Below are positions 35,459 through 44,047 of a stretch of DNA of 64,000 nucleotides, one piece after another; within the stretch, counting starts at the first letter, position 1; every line of letters starts with the position of its first letter. The notes below the pieces were generated by a model. The model saw nothing but the letters and a program-made list of their open reading frames with translations, was not told where the DNA came from and did no database searches. Origin of the DNA: Planctomycetota bacterium (GTDB taxonomy: Bacteria; Planctomycetota; UBA1135; UBA2386). Location: the NCBI GenBank assembly GCA_041178545.1, contig JBEGVB010000009.1, positions 33,276 to 97,275 on the forward strand, given 5' to 3'. The translations under genes were made by a program, and so were the position numbers.

Positions 35459-36775
35459 TCAGCCGTGCACGAGGATGCGCACGTCGCGCACGTTGGTGCC
35501 GGAGGGACCGGTGACCACCGTGTCGCCCAACGTGTGCAGCGCCGGGTGGGAGTCGAAACCCTCCAGCGCGGCATGCACGTCGATCCCCAGCGCAGCGGCC
35601 CGGTCCAGGGTCGTGCCGTCGGCGACGGCGCCTGCCGCAGGCGAGTTCCCGTCGATGCCGTCGGTGCCCGCACTCAGCACCGCAATCGGTTCCCCACGGA
35701 CCAGCTGTGCAGATGTGAGGACGAAGTGCTGGTTGCGTCCGCCGCTGCCGTGCTGCGCGGGCAGTCGGACGCGCACCTCACCGCCGGCAACGAGCGCAAC
35801 GGGCTTGCCGTGCTCGCGGCGCAGCGCGCGAAGTCTTGCAAGGAGTGCACTCGCTGCTTGGCTGCACTCCATCTCCGACGTAGCGTGGTCCACTTCGCAG
35901 TGCAGGCCCCGGGCGGTGGCCAGCGCTGCGAGCCCAGCGGTTGCACTGCGCTCGTCGAGCAGGCAGTGCCACGAACTGCGCGCGAATGCGCGGTCGTGCT
36001 GCTTCGGCGTCTCCGCAGCGCGCCCCGCTGCCGCAGCTGCGAACAGCCCGCGGACCGAGGCCGGGAGGCCTTCGCGCAGTCCGTTCTCGTCGACGACGCG
36101 CAGTGCATCCTGCCACGTCGTGGCGTCGGGCATGGTGGGGCCCGAGGCAACCGCGGAGGGGAGCCCCGGCGGGACATCGCTCACGTACAGCGTGACCTGG
36201 CGCGCGGGGGCCGCCCGCAGTGCCAGCCTGCCTCCCTTCACGCCCGAGCAGTGCTTGCGCACGCAGTTGATCGCATCGATGGGGGCGCCGCACCCGACCA
36301 GTGTGCGGTGCAGCACGCGCAAGTCGTCGAGGGAGGTCTCCGGGACCAGCGGGCGTTCGAGGATGGCAGAGCCACCGCCCGAGACGAGGAACACCACGAG
36401 GTCGTTCTCGCCCGCGCCGCCGAGCAGTGCGAGCGTGCGCTCGGCAGCCGCCGTGCTGCCGGCGTCGGGGACCGGGTGGCCACCCGGCCGCAGCAGCAAC
36501 GGCTCCAGGGGAGCCGTGTCGCCGGCAGGTGGTGCACAGACGCCCTGCACCGTGCAGCCGTGGAACAACGGCAGGGCTGCGGATGCCATGGTGCGCGCTG
36601 CCTTGCCGAAGGCGACGAGGAAGACGCGCTGCACCGCTGCGAGGTCGACTGTCTCGCCTGCAGGCAGCTGCAGCACCGTCCCGGCGCGGGCCACTTGGCG
36701 GAGCAGCGCCGCGCCCGGGTCCAGTTGCACCAGCAGTTCGCGGAACATCGACGCGAGTCCCGCGCGATGGGTCAT
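35459..36775 (-). CDS. glycerate 2-kinase / MOFRL-family (DUF4147+MOFRL)
   Basis: 438 aa. VAFGKAARTMA, LVSGGGSAILE, GGEVRVRL...GSGGRNQHFVL, SAGTDGIDGNSPAAGA, TGPSGTNVRDVRI. Confidence 0.85.
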   Translation of the reverse strand: MTHRAGLASMFRELLVQLDPGAALLRQVARAGTVLQLPAGETVDLAAVQRVFLVAFGKAARTMASAALPLFHGCTVQGVCAPPAGDTAPLEPLLLRPGGHPVPDAGSTAAAERTLALLGGAGENDLVVFLVSGGGSAILERPLVPETSLDDLRVLHRTLVGCGAPIDAINCVRKHCSGVKGGRLALRAAPARQVTLYVSDVPPGLPSAVASGPTMPDATTWQDALRVVDENGLREGLPASVRGLFAAAAAGRAAETPKQHDRAFARSSWHCLLDERSATAGLAALATARGLHCEVDHATSEMECSQAASALLARLRALRREHGKPVALVAGGEVRVRLPAQHGSGGRNQHFVLTSAQLVRGEPIAVLSAGTDGIDGNSPAAGAVADGTTLDRAAALGIDVHAALEGFDSHPALHTLGDTVVTGPSGTNVRDVRILVHG

Positions 36776-37746
36776 GCGAGCACCGACGGGTTGACGGGGT
36801 TGAGCGGCTGCTTGCCCGTCAGCACCGCCACGCAGTTCTCTGCCGCGAGCGTGCACATGCGCTGCCGCGTCGCATGGGTGGCACTGCCGACGTGCGGCGT
36901 GAGCACGACGTTGGGCAGGGCGAGCAGGTCCGGGTCGACCGCGGGCTCGCGCTCGAACACGTCGAGTCCCGCGCCCGCGATCATCCGCTCGGAGAGTGCG
37001 GCTGCCAGCGCCGCCTCGTCCACGACGGGGCCGCGGCTGGTGTTGAGCAGGATGGCCGACCTGCGCATGCGCGAGAGCTGCTCGATGCCGATCATGCCGC
37101 GGGTCTCGGCATTGAGCGGGCAGTGCACCGACACGAAGTCCGACTGGGCCAGCAGGGTGTCGAGCGGCACGTGGATGGCGCGGAGCTCCTGTTCGACCTC
37201 TGCGCTCGCACGGGTACGCGACGCGTACAGCACCTTCATGCCGAATCCGAGTGCGCGGCGCGCCACGGCCCTGCCGATGCGGCCGAATCCCACGATGCCG
37301 AGCGTGCGGTGCGAGACGTCTGCACCCGCAAGCAGGTCGATGTCCCATCGGTTCCACCTGCCCGACTTCAGGAAGCGTTCTGCCTCCGGCACGCGGCGCG
37401 CGGTGGCGAGCAGCAGCGCCCACGTGAAGTCGGCCGTGGCCTCGGTGAGCACGTCGGGCGTGTTGGTCACGACGATGCCGCGCGCCGTGGCCGCCTGCAC
37501 GTCGATGTTGTCGTGGCCGACCGCGACCTGGCTGATCACCTTGAGCCGCGGTGCGGACGCGATCACGCGCGCAGTGACCGGGTCGGTGAGCTGGCACACC
37601 AGGCCGTCGGCATGCTGCAACCGCTGGACCAGCTGGTCCTCCGTCATCACCTCGAGCGTGTCCTTGTAGTCGACGGCCACGGACTCGTTGAGGACGGCGA
37701 TGGCTGCCGGGTAGACCCGGCGGGTCACGAGGACGCGCGGCTTCAT
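36772..37746 (-). CDS. D-isomer-specific 2-hydroxyacid dehydrogenase (glyoxylate/hydroxypyruvate reductase-like)
   Basis: 324 aa, at the C-terminal end of ORF 36772..39990. GIVGFGRIGRAVARRA, LNTSRGPVVDE, DVFEREP, TPHVGSAT. ATGA overlap with the glycerate kinase start. Confidence 0.85.
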   Translation of the reverse strand: MKPRVLVTRRVYPAAIAVLNESVAVDYKDTLEVMTEDQLVQRLQHADGLVCQLTDPVTARVIASAPRLKVISQVAVGHDNIDVQAATARGIVVTNTPDVLTEATADFTWALLLATARRVPEAERFLKSGRWNRWDIDLLAGADVSHRTLGIVGFGRIGRAVARRALGFGMKVLYASRTRASAEVEQELRAIHVPLDTLLAQSDFVSVHCPLNAETRGMIGIEQLSRMRRSAILLNTSRGPVVDEAALAAALSERMIAGAGLDVFEREPAVDPDLLALPNVVLTPHVGSATHATRQRMCTLAAENCVAVLTGKQPLNPVNPSVLA

Positions 37747-38945
37747 GCCTTGCCCCCGAGGAAGGCATTGAGGCGCTGTTGCGCGAGGGCGATGTCCCCG
37801 AGTGCGCCGCACGCGACCGACAGTTGCGCGCACTCGGTGTAGTGGGCTGCATCCCGGCAGCGGTCCTCGCGGTTCACGAGCATCGGGTTCGACTGCAACC
37901 CGTTGAGCCATGACAGGAAGGCGAGCCCGGCCTTGTAGTGCTGGGTGGGGGCGCAGAAGACGTGCCGGCCCAGCGCCTCGCACGGGGTCATGATGTCGAG
38001 GAAGCGCCGCGCGTCCCCGCGGGCGAGGTGGCGCAGCGCGAGCCCGGCCGGGATCGCGATGCCGTCGAGGATGCCGAGCAGGGCGTGGCTGAAGTCGCCC
38101 ACGGCCACCCTGCGGTTGCCGATCGTGACGTGGCGCTCGACCACGGGAGGTCTGGTCGGTGCAGGTCCCTGCGGGTCGCCGCCGAGGATGAGCCTGCCGA
38201 AGTGGAAGTCGTCGCCGGTCAGCACGACCTGGTCCCGCGGCAGCAGCTCGCGCCGGACCCGCAGCTCCATGGCGTCGTCCAGCAACGAGAGCTTGCAGCC
38301 GCGCACCTTGGCGGGGTCGAGCGCGAGGATGCGCTCGAAGGAGCGGCCCGGGAAGTAGCCCTTCAGCACCGGCAGGAACATCTCGCCGAGCCAGTGCAGG
38401 AAGACGGGCCCCTCGACCTGCCGCAGGACCGAGCCGTACACGTCGACGTACTGGTCCTCGGTGGCCCCGTTGAGGGTCAGCCACGGCATCGGCAGGATCA
38501 TCGGCCAGCCGCCCGCCTGCTGGATGAAGCGCACCTGGTGCACGACCCCGTCGACGAGGTCGGCCGTGCCGCGCACCTTGTCCAGGTGGTCGGTGCCTGC
38601 GCCGGCGACGAAGCCGTTGCGCAGGCCGAGCCTGCCGCAGCGCGTGATCAGTTGCTGGGCCGAGGCCCACCCGAGTGCGAAGCGCTGTGCCGTGTCCATG
38701 GCCTCGGCGATGCCGAAGCCGTTGGCGTCGAGGAACCGGCGGATCCCCATGGTGGCTTCCCAGTCCACGAACTGGGCGATCTCCGCGCCGCTGCCGGGCT
38801 GCGCCATCGAGTGGGACGCGTGGGCGTAACCCGGCTGCAGCACCACGTGTGCGGCCGCGAAGCACAGGCGGACGGGCTCGGGTTCGGGCCCGGCGAGCGC
38901 GGCACGATGGGGGGCGAGGACGTCGGTCTGTTGCAACTGCGTCAC
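37743..38945 (-). CDS. DUF993-family protein (aldolase-type TIM barrel, function unknown)
   Basis: 400 aa. AAAHVV, IAEAMDTAQR, LHWLGEMF, KLSLLD, LTGDDFHF, HALLGILDGIA and APTQHYKAGLAFLSWLNGLQ match my recollection of the DUF993 pattern. 4-nt overlap with the downstream gene. Confidence 0.65.
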   Translation of the reverse strand: MTQLQQTDVLAPHRAALAGPEPEPVRLCFAAAHVVLQPGYAHASHSMAQPGSGAEIAQFVDWEATMGIRRFLDANGFGIAEAMDTAQRFALGWASAQQLITRCGRLGLRNGFVAGAGTDHLDKVRGTADLVDGVVHQVRFIQQAGGWPMILPMPWLTLNGATEDQYVDVYGSVLRQVEGPVFLHWLGEMFLPVLKGYFPGRSFERILALDPAKVRGCKLSLLDDAMELRVRRELLPRDQVVLTGDDFHFGRLILGGDPQGPAPTRPPVVERHVTIGNRRVAVGDFSHALLGILDGIAIPAGLALRHLARGDARRFLDIMTPCEALGRHVFCAPTQHYKAGLAFLSWLNGLQSNPMLVNREDRCRDAAHYTECAQLSVACGALGDIALAQQRLNAFLGGKA

Positions 38946-38951
38946 GGGGCG

Positions 38952-40373
38952 TCAGTCCTTGGTGGTGAAGCTCTCGAGGTAGCGTGGCACGGACTGGATC
39001 GCGGTCCACGCGAGGAACGCCAGCAGGCCGATCGTGATGAGCAGCATGGCGAGGCGCCAGGCGAGGCCAACTGCGCCGCGCGGCGTGTCGGAGCCGAGGT
39101 AGGCGCGCTTGCCCTGCAGCACCAGGAAGCCGAGCCAGGTGACGGGCAGCAGCAGGCCGCAGAACACGCTCGTGGGCACCGCGAGCCACACGGCGTACTC
39201 GCCCCACACGAGCGGCGCGAGGCAGCCGGGTGCCGGCAGCAGGCTCCACAGCCGCTGCTTGCGCGAGCCGAGTTCGCAGCCGAGGAACTCCATGGCCACG
39301 AAGCTGCAGACGAGCATGTGCAGCGTGATGGTGGAAATCGCCATCGACAGCATGCCGAGGTCGAACACGAGTCGGCCGGCCATCGGGCCCATCACGTCGC
39401 CGAGCACGCGCGCGCAGTCCGCCACGGCCGCCTTCTGGGTGATCGCGGTGCCGCTGCGGTGGATGGTGTTGGCGGCTGCGATGGTCATCAAGCCGGTCGA
39501 CAGCACGTAGGGAACGAGCATGCCGAGCCCGAGGTCCCAGCGCGCGAGGTGCCGGTGCTCGCGACCCCAGCCGCGCGCGAGCAGGCTGTAGGGGAACAAG
39601 AACACCATGTTCACACCCACGGCGGCCGCGAGGCCCGAGGCGATCAGTTCGTACGCATCGGTGTTGCCACGTTGCTGCGGGATCCCCGGCACGAAACCGC
39701 GCAGCACGGCATCCCAGTCGGTGTCCGTCGACAGCACCACCCACAGCAGGGAGAACACGATGGCCCACACCATCCACTTGAGGATGCGCTCGTACGCGCG
39801 CACGAGCCTCGGGCTGCGGCCGTAGAGCATCGACAGCGCGATGGCGATGCAGAGCACCACGAGGCTGCAGGCCATGGGCGGCACGCCGCCGATGCCCACG
39901 GCATCGCACGCGTCGACCATGGCGTTGGCGGCGAGGTTGTACTGCGGCAGGTGCCAGACCACCGATGCGACCAGCGCGCCGATGGCCCACGCACCGGCGA
40001 AGAACCTGCCGGCATGCGTGGCCATGGCGTGCATGGGCCGCTCACCGGTGCTGAGCGTCTGGTGAGCGACGGCTGCCAGCATGACGATGCCGAGCAGCAT
40101 GGCGAGCGGCGCCACCCAGAGCAGTTCGTAGCCATAGGCCGCGCCGGCGAACAACGCGGCGCTCGCGGTGCCTGCGCCCAGCGTCATGGCCGACTGCATG
40201 TAGCCCGGGCCGATCAGTCGCAGGTAGGTGCGGGCGCGCGTGAGGAAGGGCGCGTGTTCCGCGGCCGTGAGCAGCTTGCGCTCGGCGGCCAGCGCCACGG
40301 GATCCGGCGGCTTGGCCATGCGCAGGCCCTTCTGGACCGAGCCGAAGTCGGGCTGTGCGGGAGGGGGGCTCAT
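38952..40373 (-). CDS. Nramp-fold transporter lacking the canonical DPGN / MPH metal-site motifs
   Basis: ATG at 40373 overlaps the upstream stop. 473 aa. LIGPGYMQSAMTLGAGTASAALFAGAAYGYELLWV aligns to Nramp TM1 (GPGFL..AYMDPGN..AGA.FGY.LLWV) with LGAG in place of DPGN. Confidence 0.75.
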   Translation of the reverse strand: MSPPPAQPDFGSVQKGLRMAKPPDPVALAAERKLLTAAEHAPFLTRARTYLRLIGPGYMQSAMTLGAGTASAALFAGAAYGYELLWVAPLAMLLGIVMLAAVAHQTLSTGERPMHAMATHAGRFFAGAWAIGALVASVVWHLPQYNLAANAMVDACDAVGIGGVPPMACSLVVLCIAIALSMLYGRSPRLVRAYERILKWMVWAIVFSLLWVVLSTDTDWDAVLRGFVPGIPQQRGNTDAYELIASGLAAAVGVNMVFLFPYSLLARGWGREHRHLARWDLGLGMLVPYVLSTGLMTIAAANTIHRSGTAITQKAAVADCARVLGDVMGPMAGRLVFDLGMLSMAISTITLHMLVCSFVAMEFLGCELGSRKQRLWSLLPAPGCLAPLVWGEYAVWLAVPTSVFCGLLLPVTWLGFLVLQGKRAYLGSDTPRGAVGLAWRLAMLLITIGLLAFLAWTAIQSVPRYLESFTTKD

Positions 40374-41800
40374 GGGGCCATCCCCTGGCGGATCGCCTTC
40401 ACCTTCGCGGCCTCGGGGCGCGCCTTGTAGAACGGGTCGAGCGGGAAGCACCCGCTCACCATGCCGTTGCGCGGCCCGGTGGTGCAGTCGCTGAAGGTGC
40501 GGCAGATGCGCTTGCGCTGCAACTCTCGACCTGCGCACAGGTCGGCCGGGAGTTCCGGGTAGGAGAGCAGCAGGCGCCCGAGACCGACGAAGTCCACGCG
40601 CCCGGCGTCGAGTTCCGCCTGTGCGACGTGCGGCAGCCACTCCTGCAGGTAGGTGTAGCCGGTGCCGACGACGTGCAGGCCGGGGCACGCTGCCTTGAGC
40701 GCGGCCGTGGTGTCGAGGTGCACCTGCACCATGGTGAGCGGGTCCACCGGCGGCAGGTAGCCGTCGGAAGGCGGGTAGACGGCAGGTCGCTGCAGGTGGG
40801 GGTTCCAGTAGGGCGAGCCGAGCGTCACGTTGAGCAGCGTCACGCCCAGCGAGTGCGCATGGGTTGCGAACCGGACTGCCTCGCCGCGGTCCATGGTGGC
40901 GGGGGTGGTGCCGAAGGCAAAGTGGTGGCGCGCACCGTCGAACCCGTCGGCGGCCATCGGCCGGCCCACGTTGGTCGCAGGGTCTGCCTCGAACGGCAGC
41001 ACGTCGCCCGCACTGAGCCGCACGCCGAGTCCCAACCCGGGGCACTCGGCACGGATGGCCTCCACGATGCGCGTGAACAGCCTGGTGCGGTTGTCGAAGC
41101 TGCCCCCGTAGGTGCCGTTGCGCGTGTGCGAGGCCAGCACCTCGTGCAGCAGGTAGCCGTGGCAGCACTTCACGTCGACGAAGTCGAAGCCGGCGCGGTG
41201 GGCCAACCTCGCCGCCTGCACCATCCGCTCGCCGATCGCCTCCAACTCACCGTCCGTGAGGAGTGCGGTCGAAGGGTCGAGCCTGTACTTGCGCGCGAGC
41301 AGTGCGTGGTGGTGGGCGATGCGGGGGGCGAGCGGTCCGTTCGGACGTGAGAACCTGCCGGAGTGAGTGAGCTGCAGGCCGATCGCCACCGGCTCGCTGG
41401 CGACGCCGACTTCCTCGCGCCCGGACAGCAGGGTCCGCCGCAGTGCGACGAGGTCTGCCTCGCTGTTCGCACCGAGGTGCAACTGGTTCGGGTTCGCGCG
41501 TCCGTCGGCCGTGACGCTGAACGCCTCGCCGCCCCAGACCAGGGATGCGCCGCTGCGGCCGAAGTTGCGCCAGCGACGCAACGTGAGGTCGGTCGGCCTG
41601 CCCTCGGGGGTGCCGTCCCAGCCCTCCATCGGGTGCGTGCAGAACCGGTTCGCGAGGCGCCTGCCCAACACCTCGACCGGTCGGGTCCATGCGGCACCAG
41701 TCCCTGTTGCCTCTGTTGCCTGCATCCCAAGGCCCAGTCCGCGCGCGTGGGACCGGAAGTCGTCGAGGGTGCGGAAGTGGCCCGGGGAGGGAAAGTCCAT
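40370..41800 (-). CDS. Old-Yellow-Enzyme-family NADH:flavin oxidoreductase-like protein with Cys-containing C-terminal extension
   Basis: ATG at 41800, 476 aa. NRFCTHPMEG, QLTHSGR, FDFVDVKCCHGYLLHEVLS..TRNGTYGGSFDNR, VGLGRLLLSYPELP. Start uncertain. Confidence 0.75.
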   Translation of the reverse strand: MDFPSPGHFRTLDDFRSHARGLGLGMQATEATGTGAAWTRPVEVLGRRLANRFCTHPMEGWDGTPEGRPTDLTLRRWRNFGRSGASLVWGGEAFSVTADGRANPNQLHLGANSEADLVALRRTLLSGREEVGVASEPVAIGLQLTHSGRFSRPNGPLAPRIAHHHALLARKYRLDPSTALLTDGELEAIGERMVQAARLAHRAGFDFVDVKCCHGYLLHEVLASHTRNGTYGGSFDNRTRLFTRIVEAIRAECPGLGLGVRLSAGDVLPFEADPATNVGRPMAADGFDGARHHFAFGTTPATMDRGEAVRFATHAHSLGVTLLNVTLGSPYWNPHLQRPAVYPPSDGYLPPVDPLTMVQVHLDTTAALKAACPGLHVVGTGYTYLQEWLPHVAQAELDAGRVDFVGLGRLLLSYPELPADLCAGRELQRKRICRTFSDCTTGPRNGMVSGCFPLDPFYKARPEAAKVKAIRQGMAP

Positions 41801-41933
41801 GGCCGCATCATGGCAGCCGGACGCGCAGCTCTCCATGGCCGGACTCACAGGTGCGCGGGGTGACCGCTTCCCCTGCGCGCGGCGACGCGCTTGAATCCCG
41901 TGCCTTGGCCGCGACCGGTGGCCGAGGTGCCCC

Positions 41934-42413
41934 TTGCCAGCGAAGCAGCCCAACCCCAACGCAGTCCACCTCACCGTCCCCAGCACCTTGCGGAGCGCGC
42001 GCTTCTACCGCGAGAAGCTGGGTTTCCGCATGGCGGAGGCGCATCCCTCCAAGGACCGCCCGACCTGGGCCTGCATGGTGCTCGGCAGCCAGGCAGTGAT
42101 GCTCGGCCAGCTGCCGTCGCTCGACGACGCGCGGAAGCAGGGTCTCGACCACGAGGAGATCGAGTTGCTCAAGAGCGACGCCAAGAACCTCGCCCGCGGC
42201 AAGGCCGGGCTCGGCGTGCACTGCTTCGTGCACGTCGAGGACGTCGACGCCATGTTCCGCAGGCTCAAGCGCAAGCGGGTCAAGTCGCTCACCGCGCCTC
42301 GCACGCGCCCCTACGGCTGGCGCGAGTTCCAGGTCGAGGACCTGGACGGCTACCGGCTGGTGTTCTACTCGGCGGCCACGCCCGGCGAGGGGACCGGGAC
42401 TGCCGCAGGCTGA
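41934..42413 (+). CDS. VOC (glyoxalase/bleomycin-resistance fold) family protein
   Basis: 159 aa, apparent TTG start. VHLTVPS..SARFYREKLGF and PYGWREFQVEDLDGYRLVFY are typical VOC beta-alpha-beta modules. Confidence 0.65.
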   Translation: MPAKQPNPNAVHLTVPSTLRSARFYREKLGFRMAEAHPSKDRPTWACMVLGSQAVMLGQLPSLDDARKQGLDHEEIELLKSDAKNLARGKAGLGVHCFVHVEDVDAMFRRLKRKRVKSLTAPRTRPYGWREFQVEDLDGYRLVFYSAATPGEGTGTAAG

Positions 42414-42440
42414 GCCTGCCCCGGCCGAGGGCTTTCGGGT

Positions 42441-43859
42441 TCAGTCCTCGAGGACCCAGGGGAGGGCTTGGTCCAGTGCAGCTGCGACCTCGTGGTCGAC
42501 TGCATAGCCCCTGCCCAGCAGTGAGGCGCACTCGACGCGCCCCGCGCCGATGCGCAGCCGCACGCTGCCGTCCGCACGTGCCTCGTACAGATCAGGGTGC
42601 GCGGCGAGCGCTGCCGAAGCGACGTGGTCCGGCAGGTGGTCCAGGCCGCGGAAGTAGTGGTGCCCGTTGCGCTCCACGTGCGCGAGCCCGAGGCAGCACA
42701 CGGTGAGCAGGTCCTGCTGCAGTGCCACGACCGGCAGGTTGGTGAGGTCCTCGGCGGAGAGGAACGCACCGTTGCCGCGCGCAGCACAGAGGCCGTGGTT
42801 CGCGAGCGCACGGAAGAACCCCTTGCAGTTCTTCACCGAGATGCCGCGGTAGCCCGTGTCGAGCGCGTTGCGGAACGCCTCGGGACCGTCGTCGGCCTCG
42901 TCGACCAGCAAGGGGGCGTGCCGGGACACCAGCGGCAGGTCGCGCTGCGCGTCCGCCGAGAAGCTCAGCTGCCTCGGCAACGGCTGCTCGACGGCGACGA
43001 TCCGCGAGACCAGTGCGCGCCCCATTGGGGCCGCTGCCGTGCGGTCCAGCACCTCGGCGAGGGCCGCCAGCTCCGCGTACTGCTCGTTGCCGTCGAGGGT
43101 GATGCGCACCGTGCCGATGCGGTCGCCGAGTGCAGTTGCGATCGAGAGCAGCCGCGCGTGGTCCGCGTCGGGGCCAGCACCCACCTTCACCTTCAGCCAG
43201 CGGATGCCGCGCTGGTCCAGCTCGTCCACGAGGCAGTTCGGCTCGCCGTCCCCGGGACCTGTGCCGGCCTCCGCCCGCGACAGTGGGTCGAGCATGCCCA
43301 CCGTGTGGCGCACCGCCACCGCGGTCGGCAGGGTGGTGGGCAGCAGGGCAGGCAGGCGCCAGCCGCGGAGCTCGGGGTGGAAGCGTTCGGGCTCGAACCG
43401 GAAGAGGTCCTGCTGCAACGCGGACCACAGGTTGCGGTTGGCGATGCGGCACGCTGCATCGAGGACCGCCCGTTCGACCAGCGCTGCCCCGAAACCCCGC
43501 ACCAACCGGTCCGGTGCACCGTGTTCGACGGCGCCCGCCGTGCTCCGCCAGGCCTCGAAACAGAGGTCGAATGCCGTCGCATGCCGGTGGTGGGCGAGGA
43601 GTGCCTTGCCGGCTTCGGCTGCTGCATGGCGCAGGTCGGACTGGTCCTGCTCCACGCTGCGGGCAGGGTCCTTGCGGAACCACTTGGGCACCAACAGGTC
43701 CGAGGCGAGCCCGACGGCCGTGCGCCCGTCCACCGACTCCAGTTCCACCCGCGCATGGAACAGGGGGGCCTGGTGCAGGGTCACCGCGCCGAAGCGGAAC
43801 GGCATCCGGGTCGTGCACGGCACCTCGGCAAACCGCACGGACAGGACGCGGAACTGCAT
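42441..43859 (-). CDS. enolase-superfamily enzyme (MR/MLE-like), atypically long
   Basis: ATG at 43859, 472 aa. LKVKVG (KxK), ITLDGNEQY, AVEQPLP, LLVDEADDG and ISVKNCK fit metal-ligand and base positions of the MLE-type barrel. Confidence 0.7.
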   Translation of the reverse strand: MQFRVLSVRFAEVPCTTRMPFRFGAVTLHQAPLFHARVELESVDGRTAVGLASDLLVPKWFRKDPARSVEQDQSDLRHAAAEAGKALLAHHRHATAFDLCFEAWRSTAGAVEHGAPDRLVRGFGAALVERAVLDAACRIANRNLWSALQQDLFRFEPERFHPELRGWRLPALLPTTLPTAVAVRHTVGMLDPLSRAEAGTGPGDGEPNCLVDELDQRGIRWLKVKVGAGPDADHARLLSIATALGDRIGTVRITLDGNEQYAELAALAEVLDRTAAAPMGRALVSRIVAVEQPLPRQLSFSADAQRDLPLVSRHAPLLVDEADDGPEAFRNALDTGYRGISVKNCKGFFRALANHGLCAARGNGAFLSAEDLTNLPVVALQQDLLTVCCLGLAHVERNGHHYFRGLDHLPDHVASAALAAHPDLYEARADGSVRLRIGAGRVECASLLGRGYAVDHEVAAALDQALPWVLED

Positions 43860-44047
43860 GGGCGGGGGATGGTAGCAGGCACCCCGCCCCGTCCTGCCGG
43901 GCGGTTGCCGATCCCTGGCGGGAAGGCGACAGGATTTTGCGTCTGGCATGGTCTCGGGCTTGGATGGCCTCGGGTCGCTCCGTAGCCTTTTCGGCGCACG
44001 ACTCTCCCCGTGCGTCCCTCACGCATCGCTCCCACCAAGGCAGCCCC

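Noticed and set aside
36772-39990. 1072-aa ORF on the - strand read as one protein
   Set aside because: Only the C-terminal 324 aa (from ATG 37746) match a 2-hydroxyacid dehydrogenase. The upstream part overlaps DUF993 and the Nramp-like gene out of frame and has Arg/Pro/Gly-rich junk composition.
43130-44047. 306-codon N-terminal extension of the lipoprotein ORF (43130..46969). Similar upstream extensions occur in ORFs 1551, 5046..6158, 9229, 17556..18680, 20709, 23556, 25093, 26133, 27395, 30076/30209, 35459..37852, 38952..41168, 40370..41986, 42441..43949, 46186, 47303, 49205..49798, 49801 and 56196..58352
   Set aside because: The extensions overlap neighbouring genes and are Arg/Pro-rich. 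They precede internal ATG/GTG codons that give signal peptides, full-length family alignments or 4-nt operon overlaps. I moved the starts accordingly, so exact starts remain predictions.
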